NCBI GenBank assembly: GCA_036517195.1
Contig: DATDXU010000002.1
Span: 20,635 to 84,634 of the forward strand
DNA from: Minisyncoccota bacterium
GTDB lineage: Bacteria; Patescibacteriota; Minisyncoccia; Phycocordibacterales; UBA2100
DNA length: 64,000 bases
Direction: 5' to 3'
The notes under the pieces are model-generated. The model did not search any database and had not been told where the DNA came from. It worked only from the letters and a program-made list of their open reading frames with translations. Position 1 is the first letter of the stretch; each line of letters begins with the position of its first letter. The translations under genes were made by a program, and so were the position numbers. This document shows, one piece after another, positions 1 through 8,749 of the stretch.

Positions 1-28
1 TGATAGTTCTTATGCTGTTCGTGCGGGC

Positions 29-150
29 TTTTCCGCGGCTTGCCGCGGATTTTTAAACCTTTTTTCGCTCTCCCTGCCTGCCGCAGGTAGGCAGGGCTCA
101 GACATGAGAAAAGAATACTTTTCTCATGTCGTTTGCTCTGCGTCGGCGAT
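29..150. repeat. Modular palindromic element (hairpin cluster), copy 1
   Basis: Hairpins CCGCGGCTTGCCGCGG, CCCTGCCTGCCGCAGGTAGGCAGGG (72-96) and the 13-bp perfect stem GACATGAGAAAAG-AATA-CTTTTCTCATGTC (101-130). The scaffold matches the reverse complement of 10865-11020. Confidence 0.7.
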
Positions 151-184
151 AAAAAAAGACCCCTCGGATAAGTACCAAGGGGTT
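151..184 (-). terminator. Intrinsic terminator after the DUF58 gene
   Basis: On the minus strand, ACCCCTT...AGGGGTC followed by T7, right after the stop at 188. Confidence 0.6.
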
Positions 185-187
185 AAC

Positions 188-1084
188 TCACATTTTTTCA
201 TCCATGTGCCGATTCCACTGCTTGTAAAAGCTTTGGAACGATTCTTTTTCAGCTAGAGGAACGGTTACAACGGAGAGATTACACGCTCCTCCATACTCGC
301 GCAACACGCGAATGCGTTCATGAAATGCCTGTACTTCGCGTTCAATTGCTCCACCGCGTCTCATATCACAGATTTTAACTTTGCCGTCTTTTGGATTTTG
401 CAATGCAATCGAATGTCGAGTTGGGATGAATTTGCTCCACTCGTCGAGCACCACCGCATACACCTCGACACTTCGTTCACTATCAATGCCGCGCAGTGAT
501 TCAAGCGGCATAGAGGAGAGTGATGCGAGATCGGTAAGGAATACAACTAACGTATTCTTGAGTTTGAGTTCGTCTATAAGTTCTGGCAATGTGTGCGCGG
601 AAGACCGAAGTTGCAGTCTGTAGTCTGCCTTGTCGGCAGAGTCAAGGAAGGCGTGGAGGTCGCTTTCTTGTGAAAGCCAACCCGAATGTATCATGTGCGG
701 GCCCCCGATGCCGATAACCGCGAGTATGTTTTGAGATGCGAATGTCACGCGTCCCAAAAGAGAAAGGATAGCCATAGCACACGCGGATTTCTTTTTTGGG
801 TACAACATTGTTTCATGCTCATCGGCGATAACAAGAACGTGGATTTGGTGCTCGGGTGCGAATTCCCTCACTACCAAATCCACGCTTTCCGGTTGTCTGG
901 CCGATGCCATCCAATCCACATCGCGGGCAGAATCACCCTCCTGAAATTCGCGAAGTCCAAGAAATTCAATTCCGCGACCTCGTGCCATACTTTGCTCAAA
1001 ACCGAGAGAGATTTCTTTCCTAACCGATTCGAGCGCAAGCGTGACATCTCTAGGCAGAGGTTTGCCACTTTGTATGTTCCACAT
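188..1084 (-). CDS. DUF58-family protein (MoxR-associated, MxaS-like)
   Basis: GRGIEFLGLREFQEGDSARDVDWMASAR and LVVREF are the DUF58 signature. Start placed at ATG 1084, 4 nt after the MoxR stop. Confidence 0.9.
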   Translation of the reverse strand: MWNIQSGKPLPRDVTLALESVRKEISLGFEQSMARGRGIEFLGLREFQEGDSARDVDWMASARQPESVDLVVREFAPEHQIHVLVIADEHETMLYPKKKSACAMAILSLLGRVTFASQNILAVIGIGGPHMIHSGWLSQESDLHAFLDSADKADYRLQLRSSAHTLPELIDELKLKNTLVVFLTDLASLSSMPLESLRGIDSERSVEVYAVVLDEWSKFIPTRHSIALQNPKDGKVKICDMRRGGAIEREVQAFHERIRVLREYGGACNLSVVTVPLAEKESFQSFYKQWNRHMDEKM

Positions 1085-1088
1085 GCCC

Positions 1089-2330
1089 TCACCTTTTTTC
1101 CGCATATACATGGTTCCATACAACGTCGATAATTTCTTGCAAGATGAACTCTGCCATGGCACTTCTGCCGGTACGACCGAATTTTTTCCTCAATTCTTCC
1201 CTCATGTTTTCATGGGTCGACAGGGCATGGGGTGTCAGGTCTGTTCTATGCCGTATAACTGGTCGCAGGATTTCTTGTACATCCGCGAACGTGACGTAAT
1301 TTCTGTATCGTAGTGCCGCAATTGCGCGAGCAGCACCCTCCAAATGTGTAATACTGCGCCCGCTTAGAATCATGGTTCCGGGCCGTATCACTGCCTCGTT
1401 TTGGGGGAGCTGTAGGCGTTGCCGCAGTTTCTGCAGGAGGCAACCTTGGTCAATGGTGTTTAACGTTACCGCAAGTCCAGCCATGAAGTCTTCCATCTCG
1501 TCAGATATATGCACTGTTTCATGGAAGAAGAGGCGCGCTTTCACAATATCTTCATACGATCCTATTTTCGCTAATCGCATTTTTTGAAAGGTTCGCGTTC
1601 TTTTCAGGATCGTGCGGTAGTCTTCGCGGGTGAATGGTTTTTCAATCGCTTCAAACATAAAGCGGTCCCGCAGCGCGTCGGGCAACTTTTGGACACCTGC
1701 TGACTCGTCTGGGTTGTCGGTTGCAATGACGAACGGGTTCGCGATATGTTTTACACCGCGTATATGAACTTTTCCTTCGGACATTGACTCCAAGATGCCA
1801 GAGAGAGAGCGCGGACTGACACGCCTCATCTCGTCGAACAGGAGGATCTGGCTAAAAATGGGCCCCGGAACAAACTCCCGCCTTCTTTCATCGGGACCGC
1901 CAAATAGCATTTCCTGTCCCGTAATGTCTGTGGGCAAAAGTTCATTCGTGCCCTGAATTCTTTTGAAATCAGCCCCGACAATTTTTCGCGGTGTCATCCC
2001 AAGGAGGGACTTACCGGTGCCGGGAGGTCCAACAATATGAACGTGACCAGGGCCGAGGTGGTCTGGGTCTCTGTCGCCAATGGCGAACATGCCGATTAGG
2101 GTAACCAGCGTGGGCGCTCGTTGTCCGACGATGACTCGCCTGTATTGCGTTAGAAGCGGGTACATGAGACCGAGTACATGTCTGAGGTGTTCCTCGCCGC
2201 ACGTGGCGCCATTTTCCGGATAATATGTATCCATCTCTATATCTAACCCAGAAGGCAAAAATCGCCTGGCCTCCTCTTTTGTTACCAGAGGATGCTTGGC
2301 TTCTGCAGGTCCGCTTCTTTCGAATGCCAT
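1089..2330 (-). CDS. moxR: MoxR-family AAA+ ATPase
   Basis: Walker A GPPGTGKS, RIQGTNELLPTDITG, FVPGPIF, Walker B LLFDE, LPDALRDRF; SD AGGAG upstream. Confidence 0.92.
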   Translation of the reverse strand: MAFERSGPAEAKHPLVTKEEARRFLPSGLDIEMDTYYPENGATCGEEHLRHVLGLMYPLLTQYRRVIVGQRAPTLVTLIGMFAIGDRDPDHLGPGHVHIVGPPGTGKSLLGMTPRKIVGADFKRIQGTNELLPTDITGQEMLFGGPDERRREFVPGPIFSQILLFDEMRRVSPRSLSGILESMSEGKVHIRGVKHIANPFVIATDNPDESAGVQKLPDALRDRFMFEAIEKPFTREDYRTILKRTRTFQKMRLAKIGSYEDIVKARLFFHETVHISDEMEDFMAGLAVTLNTIDQGCLLQKLRQRLQLPQNEAVIRPGTMILSGRSITHLEGAARAIAALRYRNYVTFADVQEILRPVIRHRTDLTPHALSTHENMREELRKKFGRTGRSAMAEFILQEIIDVVWNHVYAEKR

Positions 2331-2489
2331 CGCACGCTCCTCTTTTTGATGGGTATTGTGGTGTCAGAGACCACTCTCATTAGAGTGTAGTGAGATTACA
2401 ACACACTGTCTATATGAGTGAAAACTAGAACACATAATATAAAAAAAGAAAGAGCAGCTGTGGAGTAGCCGCTCTTTGCTATGTTTCAC

Positions 2490-3599
2490 TCATTTACCTA
2501 AGACGTAGGGTTCCAATACCATTTCACGACCCAATTTTTGTGTCCCGCGTTCAGTTGAAACTCGTACGCGTGTTCCTGGGGCAAGCTTGAAAAATGTTAC
2601 TTCCGCGAGTTCTCCGGCATGTGTGAAGGGGATGGTAACCCAACGTTCTTCACTGCCGACTTCAAATTTGACAATGGTGTCGCCGGCTAACATTCCCGCG
2701 CGAGCGGCCGGAGAATCCGGAGCGATGCGTAACACCACGACTCCCGATTTTTCCGGCGGATACTGGCCTTTCAATTTCAATTCAAACCAGTATGGATTGA
2801 CGCGTTCCGTGTCTGCAATCTGCCATCCTATACGCGCGTGAGAAACGGTGCGTTCCGCTTCCAGTTTCGGGAGTAAGAGGTCAACGACACGCGCGTGGAG
2901 ACTATAGCCAATGTTGCCGATAGTCTTTGCGTTCTCACTTTTGGAGACAGCAACCGCCGTATTCATACCAACGAACTCAAGGGCAAGTGGATAGGCGGTG
3001 GTTAGTGCAGAGTATCGCACGAGTGCTCCGCCTGACGAGCCGGGGGCGATGGGTGCCTGATGGCTGAAAAATAAGTCAAATCCACTTGATTGGGCGAGGG
3101 CCGACGTCTCTGAAACCACAAGACCGTACGAAATGGTTCGTGCCCCAGACGGGTACCCGATTGCATATACGGGATCCCCAACGTGGGCAGGAAGCGCCGC
3201 AAGTGGAAGCGGTATCGCAAAGCGCGTGAGCGGGTTTGGTGTCGCAAGAAGCGCGATGTCTACAAGTGGGTCAACGCCGAGCACCTGTACCTTATGCGCG
3301 AACGGTTCGCCATCGAACTGCACATACACGTGAGTTGCCTGACCCACGACATGTGCGTTACTTATGATTCGTGCCGTGCCGTCTTGCGTACGCACCAACC
3401 ATCCGGATCCGCTGCTTAAAGCGGGTTCCGCATCTTCCTTGACTTCCGCGGCGTACACCTTTACGACAAAGCGATGCATGTTTTTGTCGATACGTTGCAT
3501 TACCTCTTGCGGTGATTCTGTCAACGCATTGCTTCGCTCAGCAAAGCAGACCACGAGAGCGATGATTGCAATCGCCTGGAATATTCTTTTCATGCCCAA
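2490..3599 (-). CDS. HtrA/DegP-like trypsin serine protease with PDZ domain, secreted
   Basis: Signal peptide; SGSGW, SNAHVV (His), DIALL (Asp), PGSSGGAL (Ser); PDZ motif SPAARAGMLAGDTI. Confidence 0.92.
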   Translation of the reverse strand: MGMKRIFQAIAIIALVVCFAERSNALTESPQEVMQRIDKNMHRFVVKVYAAEVKEDAEPALSSGSGWLVRTQDGTARIISNAHVVGQATHVYVQFDGEPFAHKVQVLGVDPLVDIALLATPNPLTRFAIPLPLAALPAHVGDPVYAIGYPSGARTISYGLVVSETSALAQSSGFDLFFSHQAPIAPGSSGGALVRYSALTTAYPLALEFVGMNTAVAVSKSENAKTIGNIGYSLHARVVDLLLPKLEAERTVSHARIGWQIADTERVNPYWFELKLKGQYPPEKSGVVVLRIAPDSPAARAGMLAGDTIVKFEVGSEERWVTIPFTHAGELAEVTFFKLAPGTRVRVSTERGTQKLGREMVLEPYVLGK

Positions 3600-3720
3600 G
3601 TTCCTCGCTGTTCCCTATGTATCTTCGTTCACGCTACCTTCTCTCCTCCTTTAACGCAAGTTCCGCCATGGGTGCGGGGCTATGGTCACCGGGTATAAGA
3701 CAAGTGCAAAAGAAAATCCC

Positions 3721-4917
3721 CTACGCGTCTGGCGTAGGGGAATGATTGATGCGTCCTAAGAATCGCATGAATGTTTTAAAGGACGCGCGCACAGAAGAAA
3801 GTAGCTTTGTGACGTATCCAAACACGATACATGCCACGAGAAGCGCGGGAATCAAAAACCAGTGTCCAATGGGTGTGTTGTGTACACGGGTTTCTGTTCG
3901 TATTGTTTTCCTGTGTTCCAGAATTGCTTGTTTCAGGTGCCCAATGAGGTCATCTTTGTTCGTGTAGTGCACATACCGATCCTTTCCTGAGATTTCTGTG
4001 AGAACTTTTTCATCAAGTTCGGAGAATAGTGGTTTGCTTTTTGGATTGCTCGGATCTTCAAGAGCGTATCCGGCAAACGCACCGGTTTTGTCTCGCGCGA
4101 TGAGCGGAACTCTCACACTCTTTCTGACCTCTGTTCCATCTTCTGATTTCGTGATTTCAACTTTCCCAATGCCGACCGTGTAGACAATTGTGTGTGGCAC
4201 GCGTCGCAATAGTGATGTGATGTGCTGGAGATCTTTGTAATTTCCTTCCTCTTTTCCTCCATCTGAAACCAGAACGACAATGTCCACCGTATCTTGATCG
4301 GGCGACGGGTGGCTTTTCACCATTCGTTCATACTCTTTGAACGCCCCAAGAATGTAGGTTCCCGGGTCGTTTATGGTCGTCTCATCTATTGCATCGATTG
4401 CGTCGATGAATTCGTCATAACTGTTTGAGAACGGCATGTAAGGGATGGCTGAACCCGCGAACGGTATGATCGCGCGATAGTAGGTGCCGCGCAGTTCTGG
4501 ATCTTTTTCAGTCATAGTTGCGAAATCCGCAAGTACGGATTTCGCCGCCGTTAAACGGTCCGGGAACGGTAGAACGTCGTGTGCCCACTTCATGGAAGGG
4601 GAGACGTCTTTCAGGAATGCTATGCGCACTCCTCCATAGACGGGACTTTTGGCTCTCGTTTGCCACAGGGGTTCTGCCCATACGAAAACGAGGCACGCCA
4701 TCACAAGCGAATATCCTACGGTGCGCGTAGCATATGCGAGCACGCGCGGGTCCGCCTCTTCTTTGTGGAGGGCTAGGAAACTATTGTTCCGTAACACTCT
4801 TTTCGTTGCCACGAAGTGCCACATGAAGAGTGCAACAATCGCGGGAAGCAGAAGTGCGAGCGCGAGAATCTTTTCTGGATGAAGAAACGTGACAGGTAGC
4901 CAGAGTATTTCGGGCAT
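3721..4917 (-). CDS. Membrane-anchored VWA protein (BatB/MxaL-like)
   Basis: N-terminal F.HP..L TM hairpin, MIDAS DVSPS, DRLTAAK, FAGSA, GT, LVSDGG, YTVGIG, LDE..L, C-terminal TM. Start chosen at the ATG after AAGGAGG. Confidence 0.88.
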   Translation of the reverse strand: MPEILWLPVTFLHPEKILALALLLPAIVALFMWHFVATKRVLRNNSFLALHKEEADPRVLAYATRTVGYSLVMACLVFVWAEPLWQTRAKSPVYGGVRIAFLKDVSPSMKWAHDVLPFPDRLTAAKSVLADFATMTEKDPELRGTYYRAIIPFAGSAIPYMPFSNSYDEFIDAIDAIDETTINDPGTYILGAFKEYERMVKSHPSPDQDTVDIVVLVSDGGKEEGNYKDLQHITSLLRRVPHTIVYTVGIGKVEITKSEDGTEVRKSVRVPLIARDKTGAFAGYALEDPSNPKSKPLFSELDEKVLTEISGKDRYVHYTNKDDLIGHLKQAILEHRKTIRTETRVHNTPIGHWFLIPALLVACIVFGYVTKLLSSVRASFKTFMRFLGRINHSPTPDA

Positions 4918-4978
4918 GTGTTCCTCCTTGAAAAAATGCCCCGATAGAAGCACGTTGCTTCCATCGGGGCTGTGATGG

Positions 4979-5749
4979 TTAGTGCCGTCGCGGACGATTG
5001 CTGCCTCCGGAGCCTGGTCCATCAGGATTCGCTCGTGGGGGAAGAGCTCGGGGACGATCGGGCGCGCCATCTCGCGTGCCGCGCCGGTTCTCTTCTTCTT
5101 GCGCTCGTTTGTAGAGAAATTCAATTGCTTCCTCTATCCCGATGCGCTTTGGAGCGAGTGCGTTCGCGCTCTGCAGATTTTTCATAGCATCATCGAGAAT
5201 GTCGAGCGCTTTGTCGTGCTCTTCTTTCCGAATGAATGCCAGCGAGCGATATTTTTCGTACGCCTTTCGATACTGGAGCGCCACGTTCCACTCAAGTGAA
5301 TTTTCCTTGCGTTCCAGCTTTCCAAGAAGTGCGTTCGCGCGCTCATGGAGCGCGCGCGCTTTGTTCAGATTCTCTTCAATGCCTGGGTCCTTGGCGTTTG
5401 CCCCGTAGAGTTCACCCGCGTTTCTTAACAGGCGATCTCGCTCGCCCGTTACCGCCTCGAGCATTCCAATAGTTGCGCGGTCGCTAGACGATATTTTTTC
5501 GCTGGGAGGTAGGGTGTGTACGAATGCGAGCACACCTTCCCACTCCTCTACAGTACGAGCACTTTCGGCGAGCTGTTCTGCTTTGCCGATGGTTTCGTCA
5601 TGTTGTTTCCACATGGCGAGGACCTGTTTTACACGCGCCGTGTGTCGCTTCTCGTTTGTGTCGACGTTTGAAGAAACCCAGGACATTCCTGCCCCGATGA
5701 GTGTTCCAAACGCCACACACAGCACGAGCGTGCGGTTTTGTAGGGTCAT
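4979..5749 (-). CDS. Helical TPR-like protein with N-terminal TM (MxaK/BatC-like position)
   Basis: N-terminal TM, helical repeats, low-complexity Pro/Gly tail; lies between two VWA genes and is coupled by a 4-nt overlap. Confidence 0.65.
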   Translation of the reverse strand: MTLQNRTLVLCVAFGTLIGAGMSWVSSNVDTNEKRHTARVKQVLAMWKQHDETIGKAEQLAESARTVEEWEGVLAFVHTLPPSEKISSSDRATIGMLEAVTGERDRLLRNAGELYGANAKDPGIEENLNKARALHERANALLGKLERKENSLEWNVALQYRKAYEKYRSLAFIRKEEHDKALDILDDAMKNLQSANALAPKRIGIEEAIEFLYKRAQEEENRRGTRDGAPDRPRALPPRANPDGPGSGGSNRPRRH

Positions 5750-6963
5750 GTGCTAATCCCTCCTTTTCCAATGGTACGCCCGAAGGGCGAGAGTGTTGCC
5801 GCAAGCCCAAGTAAGAGACAGAGGAAAGAGATGCTCGCAAAGAGCGATGTATAACTTTCCCTCTCCCACCGTTTTGCTGTGGACACCACACGAAAACGCG
5901 CAGAGAGAATTTTTTCCACAATCGCATCCATATCCTCGAAGTTTTGTTCACCCTTCAGAAGATAGAATGCCCCTCGATTCGGCCCGCCCACGGGACCGGA
6001 TCCTGTTTTTTCTGCAAGCTTCCGCACAACTTCATGATCTCGATAGATAGAAATGATGTAGATGGGGAGTTCGATGAATTCTGCCAATTGCATCATTTTT
6101 ATGAGAGACACGGGGGATTTGTGTAGCCGACCTTCGAATTGGCCCTCGTGAGCATCGGTGATGATGATGAAGGCCGTGTCTTTGAGGTCGGCACGCAGTC
6201 CTTCCAATTTTGCTTTGAGCGCGCGGGGAACAGCGTAACGTGTGTTTCCTGACTCTGGATAGAGCGAGAGCGCGAGCGCTCTCCGGTCTCCGTCGTCAAG
6301 CGGGACGACTCCATCCGCGCGTCTGAAGTTTTTCTGAAGCGCAACTTGAAACATATCCCACAATGCCAGGTGGTACTCGGTATAGATTCCCGTCCGCGGG
6401 TCTCTCCAATTTATTTCACGCATGAGTGTGCGTGCCCGTTCATAATCTGTGGAGCCATATAGTTCCACAAACGAAAACAAACCGAATCGTAACAGTCCTA
6501 TTTTGTCCTGACTGCCATCGTTCTTTTTCTTCACATAGGCTTCCATCGCGTCAATGATTTTGAACATTGCGCGGCATGCGTTAAAGATGCGCGGATAGGC
6601 CCGCTTAAGACCTTTGTCGGTGCAGTGAATCGGTGGACCGCTGGCGTCGAAGCCATACATTGAACTCGAATTATCGAGCGTTGTGTATAGTCGGTTCGTC
6701 GCATACTGGTCTTGTGCGACAGTGTACCTGCGTGTTATGTCTGAGAGCGCAAGGACGATACACAAGGCGCAGAGAAAGAAAAAGAGCCGTGGGACGATGA
6801 TTCTGGGTTGAAGTTGAAGCGGCGATGTATGCCCGCTCCACCCCTTCACCACGGCTCCTACTTTTTGTACCCCGAGTGTCGCACCGAGAAGTAGCGGCAC
6901 AAGAAGAAAGAGTGCTGGATAGAATCCGATTTCAAGTCCGAATAGTGTTGCGGAGTACCCCAT
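5746..6963 (-). CDS. Membrane-anchored VWA protein (BatA/MxaC-like)
   Basis: N-terminal TMs, MIDAS DNSSS, DKIGLLRF, T, IIITD, LAEKTG, C-terminal TM. Confidence 0.85.
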   Translation of the reverse strand: MGYSATLFGLEIGFYPALFLLVPLLLGATLGVQKVGAVVKGWSGHTSPLQLQPRIIVPRLFFFLCALCIVLALSDITRRYTVAQDQYATNRLYTTLDNSSSMYGFDASGPPIHCTDKGLKRAYPRIFNACRAMFKIIDAMEAYVKKKNDGSQDKIGLLRFGLFSFVELYGSTDYERARTLMREINWRDPRTGIYTEYHLALWDMFQVALQKNFRRADGVVPLDDGDRRALALSLYPESGNTRYAVPRALKAKLEGLRADLKDTAFIIITDAHEGQFEGRLHKSPVSLIKMMQLAEFIELPIYIISIYRDHEVVRKLAEKTGSGPVGGPNRGAFYLLKGEQNFEDMDAIVEKILSARFRVVSTAKRWERESYTSLFASISFLCLLLGLAATLSPFGRTIGKGGIST

Positions 6964-8642
6964 TAGGCACCTCGTTTTCCATCAAGTTGAAGGGCGAGTG
7001 TTTTGATCGTGTTGTATGTATCGTCGAAGATCGTGCGCAGTACGACTGAATCTTGTTTTGCAAATCCACGCGCGTTGCGTGATTCGATATGTTCGAATAG
7101 TTTTTCGAACCCGCCTTCTGGCGTGAAGATGAAATAAGCCTTCTTGTTTTCATGTGTTTCAAGAAGTTTTTTAACATCTTGATAGGTAACGTTATTTTCT
7201 GGAAACCTCGAATCATATGCGTGCAGTATGTGCGATAGAGCGTCATGCAAATACTGCATTGCCAGTACGGCGCCCTTCTCTTTCCTTGCCTTTTCATAGA
7301 GTTCCTCAAGACGGATTTTATAGGTATCCGGAGTGCCCGAGAACATACGTGGCGCTATACGGACACCGAGCTCGGTAAGTGCGAGCGCAATCAGGATACC
7401 TGATGCGGCGATGCTTACCCACAACACGCTCTTGAGTGCTTTTCGCCCGCCCAGCGGTTTTGCGATGACGTCAAACCAGGCGTGTTCGGGCGACGGTAAG
7501 GCGCGCGGGTTTTTTTGAGGTTTGATAGTCGGAAAAAGATATGCTTCCGGCATATCTTCGAGCTTGTAACGCTCATCTATGTGCGGGCGGACAAAAAATG
7601 TCGTCGCCCGCACGGATGCCACGCGAGGAATCCCCTTGTACTGATAGGGAATCTGAAAGCTCGGAATGCTCCACTCCGTCTCCGGCGCATAGAGCCCCAT
7701 GGTGTACCTGTGTTCAAGGTACCATTCGTTGGGCCCCACCTGGCGACGTTCACTTTTTTGAAGATCTGAAACTTCCCAAAATGATGTTTGTGGAAGTTTC
7801 CCAAGCGCTACCGGCGCAAAGGTTCCTTGCATGAGCTCTGGAATATCTGTCGTCTCGATCACGACGTCACCTTCCTTGCCGAATATACGCACCCCAAGTG
7901 TTACGGTTCGTTTTTCGCCGACCGTTCCGGACACGGGAGTGACAGAAACGGTTGCGATAACTGGCGCGTGCAGGAATGCGAATTTCGGATACGCGCGCTT
8001 CACCCACACGGCGTTTGATGTATTCGTGAGATTCGCGAGAGAGAGCGCGTGAAGGGGAATTTTTTTGTCGCCCAAGAAAAACATGTTTTTGAACGACACG
8101 TGCCACGTCCCGTTTTCGGGAGTGATTTCACGCAGAGCCATGTCCTCACCAAAAAGTTCTTCGAGGGCCGCCTTCACGGTGTTTCCCGCCATGGGGGTTG
8201 TGGTTTGAATGTACATTCCATCAACCACTGCCTCCATTCCGTCAACGATGAATACGGGAGCGCTGTCGAGTGTCGCGTCTGCCGCGATACGTTGAAGGAT
8301 ACGGACCATGTCGCTTGCGTCTTGACCAGGTATGAATTCGAGTGCGAATTCCGCTCCCGAGCTCGTACTTTGAATGTCTTTGATCGCAAGCGGAGCATAG
8401 CGCTCCAAATGCTTTATGGAGGTCACTGTCTTTTGGCCTCGAAACCGCACGACAACTGACGGCGCAAGCCGTAGTGGCATACGCAATCCATTCGCCGAAA
8501 AGTAATAGAACTCTTCGCGCGAAATAATGCGCTGTTTTACTGGTGTGGTGGCGACTCGTGTCTCTGGAGGCGTTGTTTGTGCCATGCCCGAACCCGAAGA
8601 GAGGGCGAGGGCTAAGGCACAGAAGGCCAAAATGTGCCTCAT
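6963..8642 (-). CDS. Secreted/membrane-anchored BatD/MxaA-like protein with an extra N-terminal domain
   Basis: Signal peptide; Ig-like segment (GTVGE...IPSFQIPY) followed by a Pro-rich linker, a TM and a helical tail; TAATG stop/start overlap with the next gene. Confidence 0.6.
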   Translation of the reverse strand: MRHILAFCALALALSSGSGMAQTTPPETRVATTPVKQRIISREEFYYFSANGLRMPLRLAPSVVVRFRGQKTVTSIKHLERYAPLAIKDIQSTSSGAEFALEFIPGQDASDMVRILQRIAADATLDSAPVFIVDGMEAVVDGMYIQTTTPMAGNTVKAALEELFGEDMALREITPENGTWHVSFKNMFFLGDKKIPLHALSLANLTNTSNAVWVKRAYPKFAFLHAPVIATVSVTPVSGTVGEKRTVTLGVRIFGKEGDVVIETTDIPELMQGTFAPVALGKLPQTSFWEVSDLQKSERRQVGPNEWYLEHRYTMGLYAPETEWSIPSFQIPYQYKGIPRVASVRATTFFVRPHIDERYKLEDMPEAYLFPTIKPQKNPRALPSPEHAWFDVIAKPLGGRKALKSVLWVSIAASGILIALALTELGVRIAPRMFSGTPDTYKIRLEELYEKARKEKGAVLAMQYLHDALSHILHAYDSRFPENNVTYQDVKKLLETHENKKAYFIFTPEGGFEKLFEHIESRNARGFAKQDSVVLRTIFDDTYNTIKTLALQLDGKRGA

Positions 8643-8749
8643 GTGTTTATTTACTCCTATACTGTAGAGTCAATGATCACTACTTCGGATACTATATTGT
8701 ATTTTGCCCTCTCGCAATCATGGGGGGCTTGCCATGGGTTTAATGCCTT

